DNA of 64,000 nucleotides from the human T2T-CHM13v2.0 reference genome, Homo sapiens. Shown in pieces: positions 1 to 15,929 of the stretch (its first letter is position 1; each line of letters begins with the position of its first letter). The position numbers and the translations under genes were made by a program. Location: NCBI RefSeq assembly GCF_009914755.1, contig NC_060926.1; one strand, written 5' to 3'. Under the pieces are notes generated by a model. The model made no database searches. It saw nothing but the letters and a program-made list of their open reading frames with translations, and had not been told where the DNA came from.

Positions 1-1134
1 CTTTTTCCTGTTGAAGTGAAGCTATGAAATATGGGGTTTTGTTGACTATTTAAAAAGTAGTGTATTAATCAAATTACTCCAAATGTGTCATTGACTCACT
101 GCATAAAAGACAGGAGATTTGTCATTAGAACAAATGTTGCTGAACCATGAAATCTGAGCTGCATAAAAGTAAATACTGCTATCCTGTGAAGTGTATAAAA
201 AAGGAAAAAAAAAATGACAGCTAAAAGTGACACCCAAGATCCCACGAAGCAATTTACAAAAACAATTGTTAATATATACAAATCAGTTCAAGGGAAAGAA
301 AACAACAGGAGTTGTCTAGAATTTCCAACACTTTTGAGCCCTCTTCTGGCCAGTAAATGGTGACAGAAAATCAAAGACTAAATAACATCTGGAAAATAAC
401 AAAAATACAAAACCCATAATAAATATATATTGGCTTTAAAAGAAAAATCAAAACAAAATTGTTTTACTGGGTCAGATAAAACATTTCTGGGATGTAAGGA
501 CTCCACTTTGCCTTACCTCTTGTCTGCTACATGTGTAAATGAAAGAAAAAAATGTAATGATCTTGATAGACATTTGAAAGCAACAAGTAAACCTTTTTTT
601 CTTCTGTGGCAGGAGGAGGATAAGGAATATATTTCTTTCTAAATATCAAGAAAATTGGATTATATGAATATCAGAAGCAAAATTTTCGCAAATTTGTGTA
701 CTTTACTGAGTGTCATCTTGGTGCTCCTCAACAAGGTCTTCTTCTGCACTCTTTCTACAACTAATTTTGGGGATTATGGATGGCAATGAGCTTAATCAAT
801 CAAGCCAAAATCAAAGCCAAAGGCTCATTAATAAATAGAGCCTAGTAACATAGGCTTATGCTTTTACTCTTTAAGCAATTCTAGGAATCAGCAACCATTA
901 AGAAAACCACTCCACAAATCATCTTCAACTCCTGGATACAGCCTCACATGCATGGGTGCTTCTGGAACTGCCCGGCACATAAGAAGTCCTCCAAACAGGC
1001 AGTGGTGTCTTAGCACCACCTCTTCTGACTCGACCAGAATGATAGCACTTGTGTTATGAAGTGGGGTCAATAAAGATGATGTATGTTTCAGTTAAGAAAT
1101 GTATCAGAATATTCTACTGAGTAAGGTATTATAA

Positions 1135-1455
<321 letters not shown>

Positions 1456-3477
1456 CCACATATTGTTCATACTGGAACATATTGCCAAGATTGTTTTGAG
1501 ATTTTATGCCTCTAAATTTGGAAATATTGAAATCCTAATAAAATATTCTAAAGGTAGTGGGATTCTGACAAAGAAACTTCATTGTAAGAACCCAGCTATG
1601 AATATGTTAGGGGTTAAATTCAAAGAATTACTGAATAGCTTCCTAATTGTCTTAAAAGAGGGCCACTTCATAGAAGTAAATTTAAATGGAGCATGTGAGA
1701 TAGACTCAGGGTCAAGGCTTTTAATAATTGCTTTGTTAGGAAACATTAAAAAAAAACCTGTGAAAAATCAGAAATCACCAAAACCTGTGCAATTTCACAG
1801 AGTTTAAAAAAAGAGAAAATAAGTCCAGTTCCTGAGTCTATTGATATTAAACAATGCTTAAAATCCACACACTTTACTGAAAAAACAAGTTTGAGGCATT
1901 ACATCAAGGCTCTCACAACCAGAATAAGTTGAAATAGAACAAGTCTCTTTTTGGAGGACCACTTGCCAACAAGTCACTTGAAGTAAGAGGTTAAAGCATG
2001 TGAGACACTGTCTATATGGGACGCTGTCTGTGTAGATGCTTCCCTGGGGGATCATCAATTTATAAAAATAAAAAGGAAACTTGCAAAATATAGCTATACA
2101 TTCAATGAGAAATGTAGTGATTCACTTGAAAATGTTTTGGTTTTCCCTCTATTTATTTACTCTGTCAGGGATACCAATTTTCACTCAGGATTACAATAGG
2201 GACAACAACCCATTATCTAATAAATAATGTAATAGGGTATAAATGAAAATAAGACTGGATTTGAGCTTGTCTGTACCTAGACTCTCAAACTGAGTTGTAA
2301 AATGAAGGAGATCCAGTTGAATCCAATCAAATATTTTGATGAAAATGTCCTTGGTATGTTAGGTGTGTGTGTCTGAGTGTGCACATGTTTTCATGGTAGA
2401 GGAATGCTGAGGGAAAATGGGGTTCAGGGGAAAGAGCCTCATTCAATCAATGTGTATTATCTAAAATAATTTCAAATCAAGCATAAAGAAACAGACTTGC
2501 ACAAAGGCACAGAGCCTAGAAGGTCTTGCAAGATATGACATGGTTTTTGAAAAGTAATTATATAAATCAAAATTTTCATAAACCTCCAGGTTTCTTTCTT
2601 TATCTAATTTCTAAAATGTAGCACAAAGCCAAGGAAAGCCCCTAAGATTTCAAGTGAGGTTCATTAACATTTTTTAAAGAAATTTTAATTTGAATTTCTT
2701 TTCAAAAAGTATTAGGCTTGAAATGTTGGGTCTTTAACCATTAACTTTATACAACCTATATGATTTCCTTTGCATTTATGAAACATATTCTCTCTTCATA
2801 TTAAAGGAACATTTAATGACAGCCTATTGTGTTCCAGGCACTATGGTAAATGCCGTGGGGGTGTCTGTTGGTTGGTTTGTTTTTGGAAGAATTGACAGTC
2901 CCAGGGAAGTCTTCCCCTAAATTCTGGCAATTGTGTCTTCTGGCAATTTTCTTCTTAATCATCAACCTGTGGGGTGACTAAACCTGTTGTCAAATATTTT
3001 AAATCTCAGACCAGCATCACCATCACTACTCAGCCCAGTCCAAGCACCCACAGCATTGCAACCTGCTGTGAATTCAAGAGATAGAAGCTAACTTTACTGT
3101 AGGCTTAAGCAATATGGAAATAGAAGGCTACATTGCTGCATAATATCATAGGGCACATTCCATGGGAAAACATACCCTTTGTGCAGTTGTTTGTGATTTT
3201 GTTGTATCTGGCCCAAGCTCTCCTTTATTGGTGTGTGTGACTGGGAGGACGCCGCCTTGGGAATGAATCACATCCTGTTCTGGAAACATGAAAGGATGTT
3301 CTAAAGAGCACGTGACCCATTGCTGGGCTTGGTAGCTTGGTCAGAACTTCATTTGCTATTTATTGGAATTTGCTCTCTTCTTTTGGCCTTCAGGAAGTTA
3401 GTAGAGACTGTACAACAGCTCTGTGGGTGAATGGTCAGGGACTTGATGGGGAATGGGTGAGTCAAAGTCTCAATATT

Positions 3478-4143
3478 TGGGGCCAAGAGAACTTCTCCTT
3501 CACCCTCAGAGGTATCCCTGGAAAATTAACTCTAAATAAGGCAGATTAATAATAGAAAGAGCTTTAAAATTTATGACCACCATGCACGCAGGGAGAATCA
3601 CAGGGCGATTGCCTCATATTCCATGGAGGTACATAGGCTCATATACCCTGTTTCTTTGCAGAAAGGGAGATGGGGAAGTATGGCTGATTTTTAGGGGGAT
3701 GGTAAATGATTTTTAGAAGAATTCAATGGGCTGATGAACACACAATGGCCTCGGGCAAAGTCTGTTGGGCCTGCAGAGTGTACAATGGTATGTGATAAAA
3801 GTCTGTCTGGGTTTGTTGACAGATTTAGCCTTCCTTCCTGTGATACGGTTTCAGTTAATGAAAACTCAGAGAAGGGACCAGAGGTCATTGTTTTCTTCTC
3901 TGGTAGGTCCAGACTATAGGCAGATAAAAGAGCTTCAGCTTGTCATTTAGAAGAAGTAGAGGATTAAGAGACAGGAGCAGAAGGACTAAAAAAACAATTG
4001 TTCTCCTTGGTGGGTCTGTCCAGCCTTTATGTGATATGGTAAAGGTCTCTTCTAGCACCTGATAATCTCTAAGGGCCTTTAATTCAAAGTACGCGTTGTG
4101 CCTGGGAGCCATAGAGTTTGGGGTGAAGTTCCCCAATCCCCTT
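3478..4143 (-). mobile_element. ERV1-class solo LTR relic (MER4-group, MER31/MER67-like)
   Basis: Motifs such as 'aaggcagattaataatagaaa', 'agggagaatcacag', 'aggggatggtaaatgattttt' and terminal 'tttggggtgaa' resemble antisense MER4-group LTRs. Family recalled, not searched. Confidence 0.5.
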
Positions 4144-4764
4144 TGTGACATAGGGAGGGATGTGATCCTGGAAGGCCAATGGGAACAAGTGGGAGAGGAA
4201 AGGAGTATTGGCCATAGCCCAGATGAACTGAGAGAAGAGCACCAAGAGTTAGTGGAGGTGAAGTTGAAAGGGACTGCCCTTAAAAGAGGCAGCATTGAAA
4301 TATACATTTAGACTTTAAAAATTATAATGGGGTTCCAGCTGAAGACTGTTATGAGCCAATGCCTTTACTTCCAAATGACCATGGAAATGACTGGATCAGA
4401 GCAGGGACTTGACGGAGCCAGCATCGACAACCTGAATTTCAAAGCTCTTCTGGGAAGTACATGGAAGTGCTAACAGAATACCCTAATATTTCCAACTTCA
4501 AGTGTCTAAAGTAGCCCCAGAGAAGGGACTTCTAGTTCTAGCATCCAGAGCTGTGTCCAGCCTGCTTCTGGTGATGACATCCTGGTGTGCGGAGCAAGCT
4601 AAGGAACCCAAGGCATAGGCTCTGAGTCATAGGGGACTCGCCCAACCAGATAGTAAAATAGATTATACAGTTGTAAAGGTAATGATACTATAATTAAAGA
4701 AAAAATAAATAAACAGAGTATAAAGTCCAGAATAAGCTGAAGAATATATCAAAACTTATGAAGG

Positions 4765-5008
4765 TAGTATAGTATAGTATTGAAAGAATTTAGGCTCTGA
4801 AGATAGCCTGATTGGGTTTGATTCCTGGCTTTCTACTTCCTATGTGATCTTGCCTAAGGCACTGAATCCTTCTGTGCTCATCTCCTCCTCAGTAAAGTGA
4901 AGATAATATTAGAAACTCATGGGGTAGGGATGAAGGGGACTAATGCATGAAAAGCACCTAGCATGGTTCCTGGGACATAGTTACTATTCAATAAGGATTA
5001 GCTAATAT
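4765..5008 (+). mobile_element. MIR SINE
   Basis: 'ggctctgaag...gggtttgattcctggct...tgtgatcttg...ctgtgctca...aaagcacctagcatggttcctgg...tcaataa' follows the MIR consensus order. Confidence 0.75.
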
Positions 5009-5059
5009 CATTGCATGGAAAGAGTAGCTTTCAAACAAGGGAACTTGATGATTTATTTA

Positions 5060-6290
<1,231 letters not shown>

Positions 6291-7193
6291 TTTAGCCTTG
6301 AGAATGAACTTTTCAGTTCTTAATAAATGACTGAAGACCCAGCTGCTAAACTCTGAAATGCATACCTGCTTATGGAGAACCTTGAGAAACAGCACATCCA
6401 TACAATATCTTACTAAATAAGCATTATTATTGGTGTGGCAGGAGAATAACATATAATGACATAAAAAGATGATCCAATTATATAAAGTGGTGTGTGTGCA
6501 CAAAATAAGTTGTATGTACAGTATGATATTAGGAAATACAAGTGTAAATACATGTATAAACAGAAAATGTTGTTTCTCAGGGGTGAAATTAAGAGTTATT
6601 TTTCTTTTTTTTCACTTATCCAAGTGTAATTGTGGCTTTTATTTTGCATTATTTGACTTGACTTTTATTTCACATCTTTCTCCATGCAACTAGATGTGGA
6701 AAGCAAGATGTTTTAAGGGAATAATTATTTTCTGAATCAGAATAGGAGTTTGATGCCTATATGTGTGAATGTCAATCCTCAAAATAGTTGTTCTCGAAGA
6801 TTTCATTCTGCTGTTAGATTAGGTAGTTGGTGTTACAAATGCATATTTTCTTTAAACATTCTGTTAATGTTGTTAAAAGTTGCTTTGATACCAAACAACA
6901 TGGCATTCACCATGTAAACAATGAGAAGACATTCATCAGACCCTTAGATTTTCCTCCCTGCCTGGGGGATTTGAGCAGAAGCACAGACAGTCCTGACCCA
7001 GGCCAGAGCTCCGGCCCTTGACTTCCTCTTGGTGCCTGGAGTCCAGTCTCTTGCTATTCGTGGCCTTGAGATGGTTTTGCATTTGCCCAGGGCCTCTGAG
7101 CCCGGGCTGCCTCCCTCTCACAGTGAGTGTCCTTCCAACTTAGCTTTTATAAACAGTCCTGCCTTCCCTCTGCCGCTTTGACTTGTGCCCTAA

Positions 7194-7489
<296 letters not shown>

Positions 7490-8009
7490 CTCTTCTGCTC
7501 TTAATGGTGATGAATACACTTTCCATTTTCCTATTTTGTTTTTTGTTAAAATCGTTTTCTAAAAATCTTCCCTGTGCTCTTTACAGCCTCGACAAGTATA
7601 AACAGCCCTTCTGAATTATCCCCTCAACATGTCTCTCTTCAACCTTCTGAAAACAGATTCTATCTGGCCTTCAGATACCTCACTTTTGGTCCCTTCAACT
7701 ATTAAGAATACTAAGGATCCCATGTGCAACAATGGAGACAGATGCCCCAACATCTAGCCTTTCTCAGGTTGCCCCTGTCACCACCACTGCCTAGTGGAGA
7801 AGAGGATTTTACTTTATGGGTTTTCTCCCTATATTACTCCTTCTTCCTGTTCCCTGATCTTGGAGGATATGTCCTTCCCTCGGGCTTCCCAGGGACACTT
7901 GCTTACCTTACTCTTTCCTTCCTCCAGTTCCATCAAACATAATTTCCATATCTCATGCCCTCTAGGCACCAACTGATAGACCATCGTGTCTCAAGCAGAC
8001 AAACCCAAG

Positions 8010-8560
8010 GCTTTGTGTCCATCATAATTACATAAGGGAGATTTTCAAAAGACAGTTGTCTCTACCCCACTGCCATGGTCTGAATGTTTATGCCCCTTAC
8101 AAAATTCTTATGTTGAAATCTTAACCACCAAGGTGATGGTATGAGGAGCTGATGAAGACTTTTGGGAGGTAATTAGGCCAGGAAGGTAGAGCTCTCGTCA
8201 ATGCGATTGGTGCTCTTATAAAAGCTATCCCAGGGAGCTGCCTTGCCCCTTCCAACATGAAAGGACACCAGAAAGTGGGTCTCAGCAGACACTGCATCTG
8301 CCAGCACCTTGATCTCCAACTTCCCAGCCTTCAGAACTATGAGAAAAAGAATTATGTTGTTTATAAACCACTCAGTTTGTGGTATTTTATTAGAGCAGCC
8401 CAAACGGACTATGACACCCCCACCCCCGCCATGAAGATTCTGCTTCAGGAGGTCTAGGTAGTGTCAGGCCTGAGGGCTTCAGTGGTCCTCATGTTTCAGT
8501 GCAAATCAGAATAACCTAGGGAGTTTTAGAAAATTCACATGCCCAGACACCACCCTAGCC
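8010..8560. mobile_element. MER5-like hAT DNA transposon fragments flanking an MLT1 LTR
   Basis: 'agattctgcttcaggaggtctagg' and 'agtggtcctca...tcagaataacctagggag...catgcccagacaccaccc' resemble MER5A/B. Confidence 0.45.
8071..8416 (+). mobile_element. MaLR solo LTR (MLT1A/MSTD-like)
   Basis: TG...CA ends; 'tggtctgaatgttt' start and 'ggtattttattagagcagcccaaacggactatgaca' end. Confidence 0.85.
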
Positions 8561-8867
8561 TCCTGCAGTCGTTCAATAAATAAAGGCAGGGATTTGTCAT
8601 TTTGTTTACACTACATCTCTTTCTCAATGTCTAACAAGCATGAGTAGAGTCATCTGGTATGTTTGTGTAGACTGAACAACTTCAGAAGGGATGCCATTTA
8701 TATAAATTATTGATTTATACAACAGGATGGTCTTGTGAAATAGGCATCTAATAAATACTGAGTAAGTGAATGGGTAAGATTGGAAAAGAAACTCTTTCTA
8801 AAAAGTATTACTCACTTTCAAGTAGCAAAAAATGAAAGATTAAAAGCAGACCAAAGTTAGGGAAGCC

Positions 8868-9358
8868 TGTTACAAGAGGCTGAATAATGGCCCCCAAAGA
8901 GGTCAATTTTCCAATCCCTGGAACCTGTGACTGTGTTGTTACTTTCCACGGCAAAAGAACTTTGCAGACGTAATTAAGGATCTCACTATGAGAAAATTAT
9001 CCTGCATCATTGGAGGGGGCCCAGTGTAATCACACAAGTCCTTATAAGTAAGAGAGGGAGGGAGGAGAGTCAGAGTCAGAGGAGGACATGTGACGGCAGA
9101 TGCAGAGGTCATCGCGATGTGATTGGTGGAAGGGGCTATGAGCCACGGAAGGCAGCAGCCTCTAGAGGCTGGAAAAAGCAGGAAGCAAAGTCTGACTTAG
9201 AGCCTACAGAAGGAATTCAGCCCCACTGACGCTTTGATTTTAGTGCAGTGTGACCTGGTATGGATTCCTGGCCTCCAGAACTGTAAGATAGCAAGTTTGT
9301 GTTGTGTGAGGCATGCAGTTGTGGTAATGTGTTACAGCAGCAATAAGAAACTAATACA
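8868..9358 (+). mobile_element. MaLR solo LTR (MLT1D-like)
   Basis: 'aggctgaataatggcccccaaaga...ccctggaacctgtga' start and 'ttacagcagcaataagaaactaataca' end. Confidence 0.85.
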
Positions 9359-9404
9359 TCCTTCAAGAAATGATACATGGGAGGGAATTTCAGGCAACGG
9401 GGTA

Positions 9405-12393
9405 GACGCATTTGCTATTGCTGCATAACAAATAACCACATACTTAGCAACTTAAAACAATATCATCTCTCTTTTCTTTCTTTAATATTTTATTTTAGGT
9501 TCCAGGGTACATGTTCAGGTTTGTTGCATAGGTAAATTGCATGTCATGGTGTACAGATTATTTCATCACCCAGGAAATAAGCATAGTACCTAACAGATAG
9601 CTTTTCAGCCCTCATCCTCCTCCCACCTTCCACTCTCAAGTAGGCCCTAGTGTCTATTGTTCCCTTCTTTGTGTCCACATGTACTCATTGCTTAGCTCCC
9701 ACTGATAAGTGAGAACATGCAGTATTTGGTTTTCTGATGCTATGTTAGTTCACTTAGCATAATTACTTCATCCATGTTGCTGCAAAAGAAATGAGCTCTG
9801 AGTAACAATTCATGGTGTATATATGTACCACATTTTCTTTATCTAGTCTACCGTCGATGAGCATTTAGGTTGATTCCATGTCTTTGCTATTGTGAACAGT
9901 GCTGTGACAAACATACATGTCTTTATGATAGAACAATTTATATTCCTTTGGGTATATAAATGGGATTGCTGGGTCAAATGGTAATTCTGTTTAAGTTATT
10001 TGTGAAATTGCCAAACTGCTTTCCACGATGGCTGGACTAATTTACATTCCCACCAACAGCGTATAAGTGTTCCCTTTTCTCCGCAACCCCACCAGCATCT
10101 GTTATTTTTTGTGTTTTTAATAATAGTCATTCTGACTGGTGTGAGATAGTATCTCACTGTGGTTTGGATTTGCATTTCTCTAATGATTACTGATGTTGAG
10201 TATTTTTTCATATGCTTGTTGGCTGCATGGATTTAAAAAGTGTCTGTTCATGTTTTTGCCCACTTTTTTGGGGGGGTTGTTTGTTTTTTGTTTGTTAATG
10301 TCTTTAAGTTTCTTATAGATTCTAGATATTAGACCTTTGTTGGATACATAGTTTGCAAATATTTTCTCCCGTTCTATAGGTTGTCTGTTTACTCTTAGTT
10401 TCTTTTGCTGTGCAGAAGCTCTTTAGTTTAATTAGATCCCATTTGTCAATTTTTGTTTTTGTTGCGATTACTTTTGGCAACTTTGTCATGAAATCTTCGC
10501 CAGGTCCTAAGTCTAGAATGGTATTTCAGAGATTATCTTCCAGGGTTTTTATAGTTTTAGGTTTTACATTTAAGTTTTTGATCTATCTCGAGTTGACTTT
10601 TGTATATACTGTAAGGATGGGGTCCAGTTTCAATCTTCTGCATATGGCTAGCCAGTTATCTCAGCACCATTTATTGAATAGGGAGTCTCTTCCCCATTGC
10701 TTGTTTTTGTCAACTTTGTTGAAGATCAAATGGTTGTAGGTGTGCAGAATTACTTCTGGGCTCTCTATTCTATTCCACTGGTCTATGTGTCTGTTTTTGT
10801 ACCAATATCATGCTGTTTTAGTTACTGTAACATTGTAGTACAGTTTGAAACTGGATAATGTGATGTCTCCAACTTTGTTCTTTTTGCTTACAATTGCCTT
10901 GGCTTTTCAGACTCCTTTTTGGTTCCATAAGAATTTTAGAATGCTCTGTGAATAATGGCATTAGTAGTTTGATATGGATAGCATTGAATCTGTAAAGTTC
11001 ATTGGGCAGTATGGCCATTTTAACAGTATTGATTCTTTCCATTCAAGAGCATGGAATGTTTTCCATTTGTTTGTGTCATCTCTGGTATCTTTGAGCAGTG
11101 TTTTGTAATTCTCAATGTAGAGATCTTTCACCTCCATGGCTAGCTGTATTCCTAGATATTTTATTCTTATTGTGGCTATTGTTAATGGGATTGCATTCTT
11201 GATTTGGCTCTGAGCTTGCACGTTATTGGTATAGAGAAATGCTACTGAATTTTGTACATTTATTTTGTATCTTGAAAGTTTGCTGAAGTTCTTTATCAGA
11301 TCAAGGAGATTTTGGGCAAAGACTGTATGGAGTTTTCTAGATATAGAATTATATTCTCTGCAAACAGGGATAGTTTGACTTCCTCTTTTCCTGTTTGGAT
11401 ATCCTTTATTTTTTTCTCTTGCCTGATTCCTCTTGCTATGACTTCCAATACTATGTCAAATAGGCATGGTGAAAGAGGGCATCCTTGTCTTGTTCCAGTT
11501 TTTAGGAGGAATGCTTTTGCCCACTCCATATGATGTCGGCTGTGGGTTTGTCATAGGTGGCTTTTATTATTTTGAAGTATGTTCCTTCAATGCTTCATTT
11601 GTTGAGGGTTTTTTTTAACATAAAGTTATGTTGGATTTTATTGAAAGTATTTTCTGCATTTATTGAGATAATCATATGGCTTTTGTTTTTAGTTTTGTTT
11701 ATGCGATGAATCACATTTATTGATTTGTGTATGTTGAATCAACCTTGCATCCTAGGAATAAAGCCTACTTGATCATGGTGGATTAGTTTTTTGATGTGCT
11801 GCTGGATTCAGTTTGCTAACATTTTGTTGAGGATTTTTTTTTTTTTGGTAGTGCCATCTCTTATCTCACAATCCAAGATGTCAGAAGTCAGGGCAGGCTT
11901 GACTAGATTCTCTGCTCAGGATTTTGCCAAGTTGCAATCAAAGTACTGGCCAGGCACGGCTTTTATTGGGAGGATCTGAAAAAGAATTGCTTCAAAGTTC
12001 ACTCAAGTTGTTGGCCAGATTCAGTTCCTTGGGGTTGTAGAACCAAGGTCACCATTTCCTTGCTGGCTGTGAGGTAGGGGCTGCTCTCAGCTTCTAGAAG
12101 CTGCTCCCATTACTTGTCATGGGGCCTTCATCTTCAAGCCAGCAATTGTTCATCAAATCCTATTTGTGCTTCCAATCGCTGACATCCTCTTCTGTGACTA
12201 GCTGAAGACAGCTCTGCTTTTAGAGGGCTTATGTGATCCATCAGGCCTGCTAGACAATCTTTCTTCACCTTATAATGAAACAGTTATGGAGTGGGATCTC
12301 ATCATTACTCCCAGGATCCACCCACACTCATAGGGAAGGGGGCAATACAAAGAAGGGTCTTTGGGGGTGATTCTTAGAATTCTGCCTGCCACA
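9405..12393 (-). mobile_element. MaLR LTR (MLT1E-like), split by an L1 into 9405-9470 and 11855-12393
   Basis: 'attgctgcataacaaataaccaca...cttaaaacaa' continues after the L1 as 'ttatctcaca...tcagaagtc' and ends 'cttagaattctgcctgccaca'. Confidence 0.75.
9471..11850 (-). mobile_element. 5'-truncated L1 (older L1PA, about L1PA13-16): ORF2 RT to C-terminus plus 3' UTR
   Basis: Minus-strand ORF fragments match L1 ORF2p ([21 protein letters not shown] for [44 protein letters not shown]) with frameshifts; candidate TSD CATCTCT at 9464-9470 and 11855-11861. Confidence 0.95.
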
Positions 12394-14269
12394 GGGAGCT
12401 TCAAGTATAGCGCTGGTCAGCAGTAAAAGCACCATCTTCCCTGCCCAGACAAAGGCCAGCCTTGGGTGCCTGTGCAGGGCCTTGGGGGCTTCTTGTCCAG
12501 AATGAGGTTCATCCTTCATGAGCTGTGGGCGGACAGATAAAAGGACTGTGGGTTACCATTGGGGGTTGAGAGCTTGAAATAAAAACAAAAAATAAAATTA
12601 TGTACTGATTTTAATTATTAGGACTTTCTCTTTTGTGTATTCTTGATATTTAGATGACAAACTGTTACTATGCACTCCGTCTTACAGAAATGTCTGCAAT
12701 GTGCAGTAGGGGCTTGAATCAAACTCTGTTCCTTAACTTTCCTTCCTCCTTGCTTTTTGGCCCTCACCCAGGCCCAACAACTCCCTTATCAGCAGACAAA
12801 AGGGATACACCTTTTGGCCGGCACCAAATAGAATCAAAGTCCCATTATCAGGTCAGATGTCTATGCAAATCAAAGTATTATTTAAAAAAAACAAACCAGA
12901 AGGACACCGCAGAGTGTATGAGCTCTTTCTTAGGTGAGTCCCTTATTTTCTTTAAGCTATGGATTCCTACTCATTTGACTGGGTTGATTCATTTTCAGGT
13001 TTGTTTTTGTTTTTGATTGTTGAACTTCAGAAATTCCATTTATTTTCATTTGTCTTAGAAGTCTTCTGAGAACCAGCTATTTCTTCCATAACTCTCCCTA
13101 AGTAATTCTTACTCTATTTCTAATCTATAAGGTTTTCTGACTTTTTGCCCTTCAAAGCAATTTGGTAGGCAGACATCACAGAAGTCTCTTCACATCTCAT
13201 TTTATCCTATAGTTCTGCCACCCACCCCGAGCTTTTGCAGGAATTTAGTGCTATTTTTGTCATATCTGGTTAATGCCAAAAAACAATTCTCTGGTTTCAC
13301 CACTAACGCTCTTAGAAGGATCTGCTACATGGTTAACAGAGCTCAGCAGTTAGTCCTACATTCTTTACTTCATTTCCTGTCATGATTGTATCTTGCAAAC
13401 TTCATGATGTCATCCAGTTTGGAATACCTTGCTTCTGATATTTGCCCATTCACTGAACCGGAGGATTTGGGCCCCTCCCTCCTAAAAACAAATTGATGGA
13501 TGACTGGATCTTTAATACCCCACCCCCAGCTTTTACCTTCTGCATGAAAATCTGAAGACTTATGAATGAGAATGGCTATATCCTGTTTCATCAATAGTTT
13601 TTCACTGTACATTTTTAAAAGGAGCGATCTGGAAACTTTTATATTCGTAAACATGTAAAGGTGTTAGGAATTTAATTCCCACATATAAGCATGTAATGCA
13701 AGCCCAGGAATGTTCTCGTGGAAAGTTTCTTCATGACATATTTGAGGTAGGAATCAGGTCATACTCTTCGTCTGTTACTCCTTCATGCGCTTTGTTCTAG
13801 ACTCATGATGTTAATTTTGACACACACACTTTCTCCATCATGTGCCCACTCCACAGTCACGCCTATGAACAGAGGTGGTGAGTGTTGATAGTATTTGAAG
13901 AATCCAGGAATAGCTGAGTTCTCTCTGCTCCTCAAGCCTGCCTCCCTCTTTGGGGTTGTCAAGGGAACAGAAAAAATGAAAATCCACTTACTGTTTTATG
14001 ACAAATTGTCCTAAGGCCTAATTTCCCCACAGTGAAACACTTTGGAAAAGCTTGGAAGCCCACCCCTTTCCACCCTAGACCTGAGGGCGCCTGTGTGGAG
14101 AGGAGGAAAGAGTGGGAGGATGAGATAGCAAGGTTTTGTTCAAGGACACAAGCTCTGCCTCCACTGACCCAGCCAGCTGCAAGAAGAAAGAAAGTGCGGG
14201 TACATGGCTTTGAGATACACCTCCCTCCACTCTCCTGCGTTTCCGCTATTAGCCTTCTTTTCATCCTTA

Positions 14270-14770
14270 AAACATGCCAACTTCTTTTCTCTCTCTGGCC
14301 TTTGCATTCGTTAGTAATGGCCTTCCGCAAGATAGTCATTTCCTCCTCAACTTTCAAGTCAGAATTCAGATGCCACCATCTCTGAGGGCTCTTTCTTGCC
14401 CATCATAGCTAAAGCATTCCGCCTGACTCTTTGCACAGGTGAGCCTACTTCATATTTTTTTTTTTTTTTTTTTTTGACATGGTCTTGCTGTATCACCCAG
14501 GCTGGTCTCAAACTCCTGAGCTCAAGTAATCTCCTGTAGCTGGGACTATAGGCATGCCACTGCACCCAACTAATTAAAAAAAATTTTTTTAAAGAAACAG
14601 GGTCCTAATTTCATATTTTTGATAGCATGTATTGATAAAGTGTGTGATTCCATTGCCTTCCTCCTCCCGTTAGAATGTCAGGGGAACTGGTTTATACGTT
14701 GCTGTATCTCCAGCACCTGAAACAGCACTCAGCTCATGGTAGGCATTCAGTAAGTCCTTGACTGGTTGCC
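14270..14770 (+). mobile_element. L2 LINE 3' fragment interrupted by an Alu monomer
   Basis: 'ggcctttgca', 'tcagatgccaccatctctgagg' and terminal 'gctgtatctccagcacctg...tggtaggcattcagtaa'. Confidence 0.55.
14455..14605 (-). mobile_element. Alu monomer or fragment (FRAM/FLAM/AluJ-like)
   Basis: Poly-T then 'gacatggtcttgctgtatcacccaggctggtctcaaactcctgagctcaag...gctgggactataggc'. Confidence 0.85.
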
Positions 14771-14879
14771 AGCGACCCATTCACCAATGAGCATAATCCA
14801 ATCCATGTCTTGAAATCCAGCCAATCAGGTCTCATTACCTCTTCTAGCAGGGGAGTGAGGAAGAAGGTGGGAAGTCTGT

Positions 14880-15428
14880 TATATTAGTTATCAGTTGCTG
14901 CACAGCAAATTACCCTAAAACACAATGGCTTAAAACAACAGGCATTTATGATCTCAGTTTCTGTGCTCATGAATTCAGAACAGCCTTAGCTGGACCATTC
15001 TGCTCTGGGTCTCCCCTAAGGTTGCAGTCAAGATGTTGGCTACAGCTGCAGCTGTTTAAAGCTTGATGGAGCTGGAGGGTCTGCTTCCAAGATGGATCAT
15101 TCCCATGGCTATTGGCAGGAGGCCTGAATTCTGATGGCAGAAGGCCACTGGTAGGAGGCCTTAGTTCTTCCCCACATAGACCTTTCAATAAGGCGATGTA
15201 AATGTCCTGACTGTATGGCAGCTGGCTTCCCTCAGAGCCTGTGATAAGGAAAGAGTGGCAGAAGCCACAAAGTCTTCTATGATCCAGCCTTGAAAGTACG
15301 TATCATCACATCTGCCATATTCTCTAATCACACAGACCAACTTGGGTATGATATGGGAGGCAACTACACAAGGGTGTGAAGATTAGAAGCAAGGCTCACT
15401 GGGGGTCTTCTTAGAGACTACCTACCAC
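14880..15428 (-). mobile_element. MaLR solo LTR (MLT1F-like)
   Basis: 'tattagttatcagttgctgcacagcaaattaccctaaaac...ggcttaaaacaac' start and 'cttagagactacctaccaca' end. Confidence 0.8.
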
Positions 15429-15929
15429 ACCTTTCCTCACCCGTAATCTACACTGCTTAGATTTCCTTTCTATCTGCAGCACTGACTTGCTGTGACAGAT
15501 TAGGTAGGAGCAGGCCAGGGGAAGTGAATGGGACCTCAACCATTGACTGCTGGGTTGAGAGGTGGGATAAGCCTCCATACAGGATGCAGAGAAATTACAG
15601 TTTGATAAACCAAACAAAGCATTTGGAGAAAGTGACAGTCGATGACAGAGATAGTTGTAGAAAATAGTCGACAAGACATGGAGGAGGCCACACAACACAC
15701 AGAAGGGTGCTGACAAGTAGGTGGAGACCAGTGACCAGGATCCACAAGCAAACCATATTTGAAGATTAAGGTTGCAATAAGCTGAAATCCTGTTAAGTCC
15801 ATAATGGAGTATCCAGTCCCATACTTTAGATCCCCGAACAGGACTCTGATCCCAGAGAGAATTTGGTCAAACCCATTACTTGTCTTGGTCATCGCATACA
15901 AGACTGTGAGTTGGTATGTGCCTTCCTTC

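Noticed and set aside
700-760. Possible minus-strand micro-exon (TTGTAG...GTAAAGT)
   Set aside because: Poor polypyrimidine tract, weak donor and no partner exons that I can support.
9996-11533. ORFs with reverse-transcriptase similarity as an active RT or retron-like system
   Set aside because: They are frameshifted pieces of L1 ORF2 in a 5'-truncated copy; the catalytic FADD reads FAEN.
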